Positions 60,701-64,000 of a stretch of DNA of 64,000 nucleotides are shown here, piece by piece; the first letter of the stretch is position 1, and each line of letters opens with the position of its first letter. The stretch comes from Takakia lepidozioides. Taxonomy: Eukaryota > Plantae > Bryophyta. The notes below the pieces were generated by a model. The model was not told the DNA's origin, did not search any database, and saw only the letters and a program-made list of their open reading frames with translations. The stretch lies in contig CM060733.1 of the NCBI GenBank assembly GCA_030704615.1, positions 7,564,001 to 7,628,000 of the forward strand, read 5' to 3'. The translations under genes were made by a program, and so were the position numbers.

Positions 60701-62508
60701 CTCCTCGAACCAAGATTGCAGTACCAGGACTGGGTTCAGAAGAGAGGTGGATGTAAGGAGGTGGAAGCCTACAGGAATATGTACAAAAGAGTTGGCTATG
60801 ATGAAGTCTCGCAGAAGTTGAGTGCACTCCGAGCCCAGCTACCATGGGATGCTCTGCAAACTGGATTTGGAAGACTGGCAACGAGTGCTGAGTCGTACCT
60901 GGCTTTGCGGTCACAGTTTGCACGAAGCCTGTCTGTGGTGAATATATGTGGGTACATTGCAGGGGTGGGAGACCGACACCTCTCAAACACTCTAGTTGAT
61001 ATGCGCAGTGGGTCACTTGTGCCCATTGATTTTGGATACAGCTTTGGCACCACGGTAATTCTTCTTCCAGTTCCAGAGCTTGTACCATTTCGACTGACAA
61101 CTCAGCTGACAAACTTCCTGCGACCTCTTGATGCCATCGGTCTGCTACGCAGCGACATGGTTCGCATCATGGGGGCTCTGCACAGGAACCGTGACATCAT
61201 CTCTGCTGTGATGGAGGTTTTTGTGAAGGAGCCATTGGTTGATTGGAAGCAGGAAGCAATGAGGCTACAAAACATTCGGAGAGCCAACAGAGGGAACATC
61301 GGTGGATTGGACGAGATTAGTGCAAACAATCTGCAGGTGATGTTGAACTCCACAAAACCCAGGTGCTAGGCAAGGGAGGGAGGACTCAGAGAGACTGGGA
61401 ATGTACTGATGGATAGCTTGCTTTGAATGTTGGCTATGACATACACACTTGTGGGCATAGTGTAGGAGAGGGCTTATGGAATGAAAAGGAGGTATTCTAT
61501 GTTGGAGGTGTCAAGGCTATAGCCCTTGCACGGCACTCTGAGAACAGAACGGGACGGGTAGCTGAGTGGTAGAGCACCCCACCGGAATGGGGGAGGTCCT
61601 AGGTTCAATCCCTAGCCCGACCACACGCCAGTGGTTTTCCAACATGGTATCAGAGCCAAGGTTGGGGCGGTGGTCAGAATGGGTGGGCATTAGCATAAGG
61701 GCTATGCCTTGAGGGGGAGTGTTGGAGTGTCAAGGTTATAGCCCTTGCACGGCACTCTGAGAACAGAACGGGACGGGTAGCTGAGTGGTAGAGCACCCCC
61801 CCGGAATGGGGGAGGTCCTAGGTTCAATCCCTAGCCCGACCACACGCCAGTGGTTTTCCAACATTCTAAGCCAAAATGAGAGCGATAGTTTAGGTTGCTC
61901 AATGCTTAACATCACAGTTATGCAAGCTGACAGGCATCGCTGTCTTTGTGGCTGATCAAATGGCAAGCTTACTTGCTGTATTTGCAAATAAGCTCCTACT
62001 TAGTGTTCCTTTTTTCGTCGTTTCCAATTTTTAGAGAAGCAGGAAGATATGTGGCTTAGGGGTGCTTGTTTGTTCTATTTGCCACCCTAGGCTGAGTATG
62101 GAGAATCTCACCTGAGAGTAATGCCCCATTATGTCCCCATGTATATGTCAGCGTTTGGTCCTATTGAAGTGGTAACTAATCATCAATCTACCACTCTGCT
62201 GCCAGAAAGAAGCAACTCCTGAACAACAACATGTGGAGCTGAAGGTGGAAAATGCCCAGCGTAGACTGGAACTCTGGAATCCTGCGGAGGTTACAATTGC
62301 AGAGTTGCAGTCCTCAGTCCATGCAAACAAACCCTACACTGCAGCTCTGGAGTCAATTATCCGTGGTGACCCCCATCGTAATGCCCGTGCACGAGTTTCT
62401 GGAAAGATTTGTGCAACTGTTCAGGAACAAGTGGACTGCCTAATTGATCAAGCCACCGACCCTAATTTGCTTGGTCGCATTTTTGCAGGGTGGCAACCTT
62501 GGGTGTAA
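24743..62508 (+). CDS. PRKDC: DNA-dependent protein kinase catalytic subunit (DNA-PKcs), 35 coding exons, ~4136 aa
   Basis: Hand-spliced exons: 24743-25060, 26807-26990, 27222-27428, 27914-28003, 28221-28314, 31671-31734, 32100-32156, 32379-32551, 32771-32888, 33332-33467, 33643-33963, 34293-34381, 34558-34586, 34907-35126, 35601-35809, 36024-36291, 37344(or 37329)-37533, 38977-39131, 39365-39433, 39967-40109, 40435-40498, 40784-41000, 41910-42122, 42703-45534, 45748-46928, 47252-47347, 50218-50676, 52057-52162, 52448-53071, 53569-54088, 57696-57921, 58202-58345, 58671-59642, 60017-61336, 62206-62508. Total is 12411 nt with compatible phases. DNA-PKcs motifs: YPLISGFYKLL, SDRRTKVTASELL, YRTGELPDIEI, EIPGQY, GEDLRLDQRIEQLF, GDRHLSN, IDFG, LPVPELVPFRLT and FATC QVDCLIDQATDPNLLGRIFAGWQPWV. 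Confidence 0.95.
26080..26205 (-). pseudogene. Isolated fragment resembling a RAD5/RAD16-type SNF2 helicase, inside PRKDC intron 1
   Basis: Minus-strand WKSSSKIDAVINTLQALP resembles the SSKIxA motif preceding HELICc in RING-SNF2 proteins; no flanking exons recognised. Confidence 0.4.
29179..30351 (+). mobile_element. 5'-truncated LINE (RTE-X/L2-like) with (CATTT)n tail, PRKDC intron 5
   Basis: Post-RT ORF with YRYLG, YGCEFW and SHNLRIETGRW...CPAC...ETEEHFFFYCPLY; near-identical to 48626-49800. Confidence 0.92.
30590..31520 (+). mobile_element. Older degenerate copy of the (CATTT)n LINE, containing a (GCAA)n expansion at ~30900-30925
   Basis: KTWLFNSFVTPAATYGCGFWAPGVP...LEPLQSSFLQ and the tail module CCCATAAGCTCTTTGAGCTT at ~31481. 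Confidence 0.8.
35810..36023 (+). other. U12-type AT-AC intron (PRKDC intron 15)
   Basis: 5' site ATATCCTT, branch-like TTCTTGAC at 36001-36008, 3' end CAC; splicing restores KIGLRYPPLA in frame. Confidence 0.88.
37600..38525. repeat. Cluster of LINE 3' tails in PRKDC intron 17 (several sense, one antisense)
   Basis: Repeated TCCCATAAGCTC..GAGCTTTCC.CGGACGTTATAAAG..CCATTTC modules. 37823-37980 matches the young LINE 3' end; about 38280-38520 is inverted. Confidence 0.85.
39470..39890 (+). repeat. Tandem LINE 3'-tail modules in PRKDC intron 19
   Basis: At least three modules, at ~39560, ~39737 and ~39827. Confidence 0.85.
41060..41640 (+). repeat. LINE 3' fragments in PRKDC intron 22
   Basis: CCAATCTCTCAC...GAGGATCAGAAATGCTTGGCA plus tail modules at ~41240, ~41413 and ~41595. 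Confidence 0.8.
42703..45534 (+). CDS. PRKDC: DNA-PKcs exon 24 (M-HEAT region, 2832 bp)
   Basis: Lies within ORF 42609..45599 with AG/GT boundaries; contains HVAAYNCQVAVITCTQ...NLIWQHLVDL and HPCMGVV...EMPDWM. Confidence 0.9.
45748..46928 (+). CDS. PRKDC: DNA-PKcs exon 25
   Basis: Contains NVRLFLAKLV, FHYMLRD and KEVYEAAAELLG; AG/GT boundaries. Confidence 0.9.
47600..49800 (+). mobile_element. 5'-truncated LINE (RTE-X/L2-like) with complete RT domain and (CATTT)n tail, PRKDC intron 26
   Basis: NYRTIMV, QAGFRRNRSTIDHIFTL, FVDFHRAFDSV, GVKQGCPLSPTLF, LYADD, YRYLG and a C-terminal CCHC; a few frameshifts and one stop. The left boundary is approximate. An older copy follows at 49804-50045. Confidence 0.93.
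50793..50874 (+). repeat. Tandem duplication of about 40 bp
   Basis: CTGCAAAGAC(A/G)AAGAAATCTATT(T)CTAGCTTGAAAAGAGTC occurs twice. Confidence 0.85.
54150..57450 (+). mobile_element. Head-to-tail stack of truncated (CATTT)n LINE copies filling PRKDC intron 30
   Basis: Copies at ~54150-54420, ~54724-55660, ~55858-56260, ~56348-56505 and ~57130-57445, all in sense orientation. Confidence 0.9.
58671..59642 (+). CDS. PRKDC: DNA-PKcs exon 33 (FAT/FRB-like region)
   Basis: Contains VPNWVFVAWIPQMLA and YPQALYFAF; AG/GT boundaries. Confidence 0.9.
60017..61336 (+). CDS. PRKDC: DNA-PKcs exon 34 (PI3K-like kinase domain)
   Basis: Contains the catalytic Lys motif FVLKWGEDLRLDQR, GVGDRHLSN, IDFGYSFG and FVKEPLVDW. 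Confidence 0.95.
61552..61623 (+). tRNA. tRNA-like cloverleaf inside the 5' LTR (probably not a functional tRNA)
   Basis: A box TAGCTGAGTGG, B box GGTTCAATCC, T stem CTAGG/CCTAG, acceptor stem GGACGGG/CCCGACC (6 of 7 pairs). Confidence 0.6.
61771..61842 (+). tRNA. tRNA-like cloverleaf inside the 3' LTR (probably not a functional tRNA)
   Basis: As in the 5' LTR, with a perfect anticodon arm CCCCC-CCGGAAT-GGGGG (nominal anticodon GGA, C at position 33, 5-nt variable loop). Confidence 0.6.
62206..62508 (+). CDS. PRKDC: DNA-PKcs last exon (FATC domain)
   Basis: Ends VQEQVDCLIDQATDPNLLGRIFAGWQPWV followed by a stop. Confidence 0.95.
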   Translation, partial: KEATPEQQHVELKVENAQRRLELWNPAEVTIAELQSSVHANKPYTAALESIIRGDPHRNARARVSGKICATVQEQVDCLIDQATDPNLLGRIFAGWQPWV

Positions 62509-63516
62509 CTCAAGACTGCTTGAGGTAATCGTCACTTTAGATGCAAAATGTGTTTCTCATTGTAGCAAAAGGCAACATAGTGTACCACGAGTATACATCT
62601 TGGGAGTCGCTGAGGAGAACATAATTGAAAGAGTATGGCTTGTTCACCATAGATTTCTCCACACTCATTGGCTTCATGTTTTTATCAAACATGATACCTT
62701 TTGTCCAAGGGAGGAGTGGAACTAAACTTCTGGTAATATGTAGATAAGAGACTGTTCCAGCCGACCCCTACATATTAAGATGGGCAACTTTTAGTAAAAG
62801 TCTTTACTTTCCAATTTCCAGAGCTGGTATTTGACAGTTGCCCCACTTGCGAATATGCACCAATGACAATCCTCAGAGAAGCTCAACATAATGTTGTGGC
62901 ATATACACCCCTGTGTGCAGTTTGGAAGGCAGACTGGGGATCATTGTGGTCATCAGGAAAGCCTCATTCCAGTAGTGGGACTAGTAAAAATGATTATAAT
63001 GCTCCAGGTTTCTGGAAGCAAGAATTTCGCCATTGCACCTATTGTGTGCACATATTGCCCTGTAAGTCATACCTAAGAAAACCCAGGGACAGGTTACAGT
63101 GACAGGTTCAGTGACAGTTTTAATTCAATGTACAGCTTTTTTGGAATAGTAGCCATTAATATGCATCTGAAATTAACATGCAGTGATAGAAAGCAGCAAG
63201 AAAGAAACACATGACTTGCCAACAAGACCTTTTGATGACTTCAATCTTAGTCAATCACTCAAATCAGTCACCCATGTCAATACAACCCAAGCGTTTGTAT
63301 TGTGATACCTTAACCTCTGTGGCAGACAACTTTTTCAGATGCCCTCAGCTTTGGAAATGGTAGTAAGATTTTACATGCAGCAATTGTGTAGCTGAAGTCC
63401 CCTCAGATAGGATCAGGTTGGTCTTACAGCAAGCATTTCTCGCTTTCTCCCCCACACTTGAACAGTCTCTATTCTGGATTTCGCGCATGGCACCATGATC
63501 ACCTCAACAGCTGCAT

Positions 63517-63917
63517 TCATTCCTTCCATGTCGTCAACCGCATCCTTCCTGGAAAAGTAAGCGGAATTGGCAGTGCAATACTATAATTGGCTGGCTCAGC
63601 TCTAAGCCCACTGTCATAGGTCTTCCACTTCCAGGTTGAGAATGAGAAAGAAATCAGTGCAGCCACATCCTGGCTGCTCTGTGTGCAAACACTAAGATTT
63701 GCCTAGTGTTCAGACCATGCAACATGAAACCGAGTACCGTACTTGCCTATGCTATTCGTCAGGTTGTTTTTGAAGAAGAGGTCCGGCAGTCTTTTTGGAA
63801 TATCTGTAGTTCCGACAGTTATCACTATATTCAAGTGACCACTGAAGGTTGGAGACTACCCAGCTACCTTTCATCCTTTGAAACCCTAATATGATGACAT
63901 TGTGGAGTCCATGAAGG
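63517..63917 (-). CDS. Possible terminal exons of a convergent, unidentified gene
   Basis: GT-AG bounded segments can be joined to ALHGLHNVIILGFQRMK/DIPKRLPDLFFKNNLTNSIGKY/GRMRLTTWKE followed by a stop; no family recognised. Confidence 0.25.
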
Positions 63918-64000
63918 GCCTTTCGAAGTTACGTGGAGCTCTTGCAAATAGATTGCATTTTGTAGGAAGTTATTTTCGCACATATATATTTGTATTGATT

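Larger units (their letters stand above)
61500..61863 (+). mobile_element. Intact TRIM (non-autonomous mini LTR retrotransposon, 364 bp) with tRNA-like LTRs (Helenus-like)
   Basis: 5' LTR 61500-61644 and 3' LTR 61720-61863 both read TGTTGGA...TCCAACA and differ at 3 positions. PBS TGGTATCAGAGC at 61645, PPT GAGGGGGAG at 61711-61719, and 5-bp TSD TTCTA at 61495-61499 and 61864-61868. Confidence 0.96.

Noticed and set aside
44967-61353. Numerous antisense or alternate-frame ORFs overlapping PRKDC exons and LINE ORFs
   Set aside because: These are shadow ORFs of real coding sequence with no independent motifs.
61552-61842. Two genuine tRNA-Ser(GGA) genes
   Set aside because: They are embedded in LTRs and have C33, a short variable loop and stem mismatches; treated as TE-borne tRNA-like sequence.

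Overview
This is nuclear DNA from a eukaryote, most likely a non-flowering land plant (inferred from a moss-like DYW-PPR gene plus a DNA-PKcs gene). From 1 to about 16 kb it is mostly transposon debris. This includes the 3' half of a decayed Ty3/Gypsy chromovirus with a complete 3' LTR inserted into a Helitron remnant, and a stop-interrupted frame with RING-like and TET/JBP-like dioxygenase motifs next to that Helitron. An NPF transporter pseudogene and a 5'-truncated LINE with a 12-bp TSD follow. From 17 to 23 kb lie a DUF962/Mpo1-like gene, a truncated PPR pseudogene and an intact PLS-DYW PPR gene, all on the minus strand. From 24.7 to 62.5 kb is a complete DNA-PKcs (PRKDC) gene on the plus strand; I spliced it by hand into 35 coding exons, about 4136 aa in one open frame. 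It contains a U12-type AT-AC intron and more than 20 intronic copies or tails of a (CATTT)n-tailed LINE. Its last intron holds an intact 364-bp TRIM whose two LTRs each carry a tRNA-like cloverleaf. The most interesting signals are the tRNA-bearing mini LTR element and the Helitron-adjacent RING plus TET/JBP-like frame. All assignments come from motif recognition by eye; no database searches were run.
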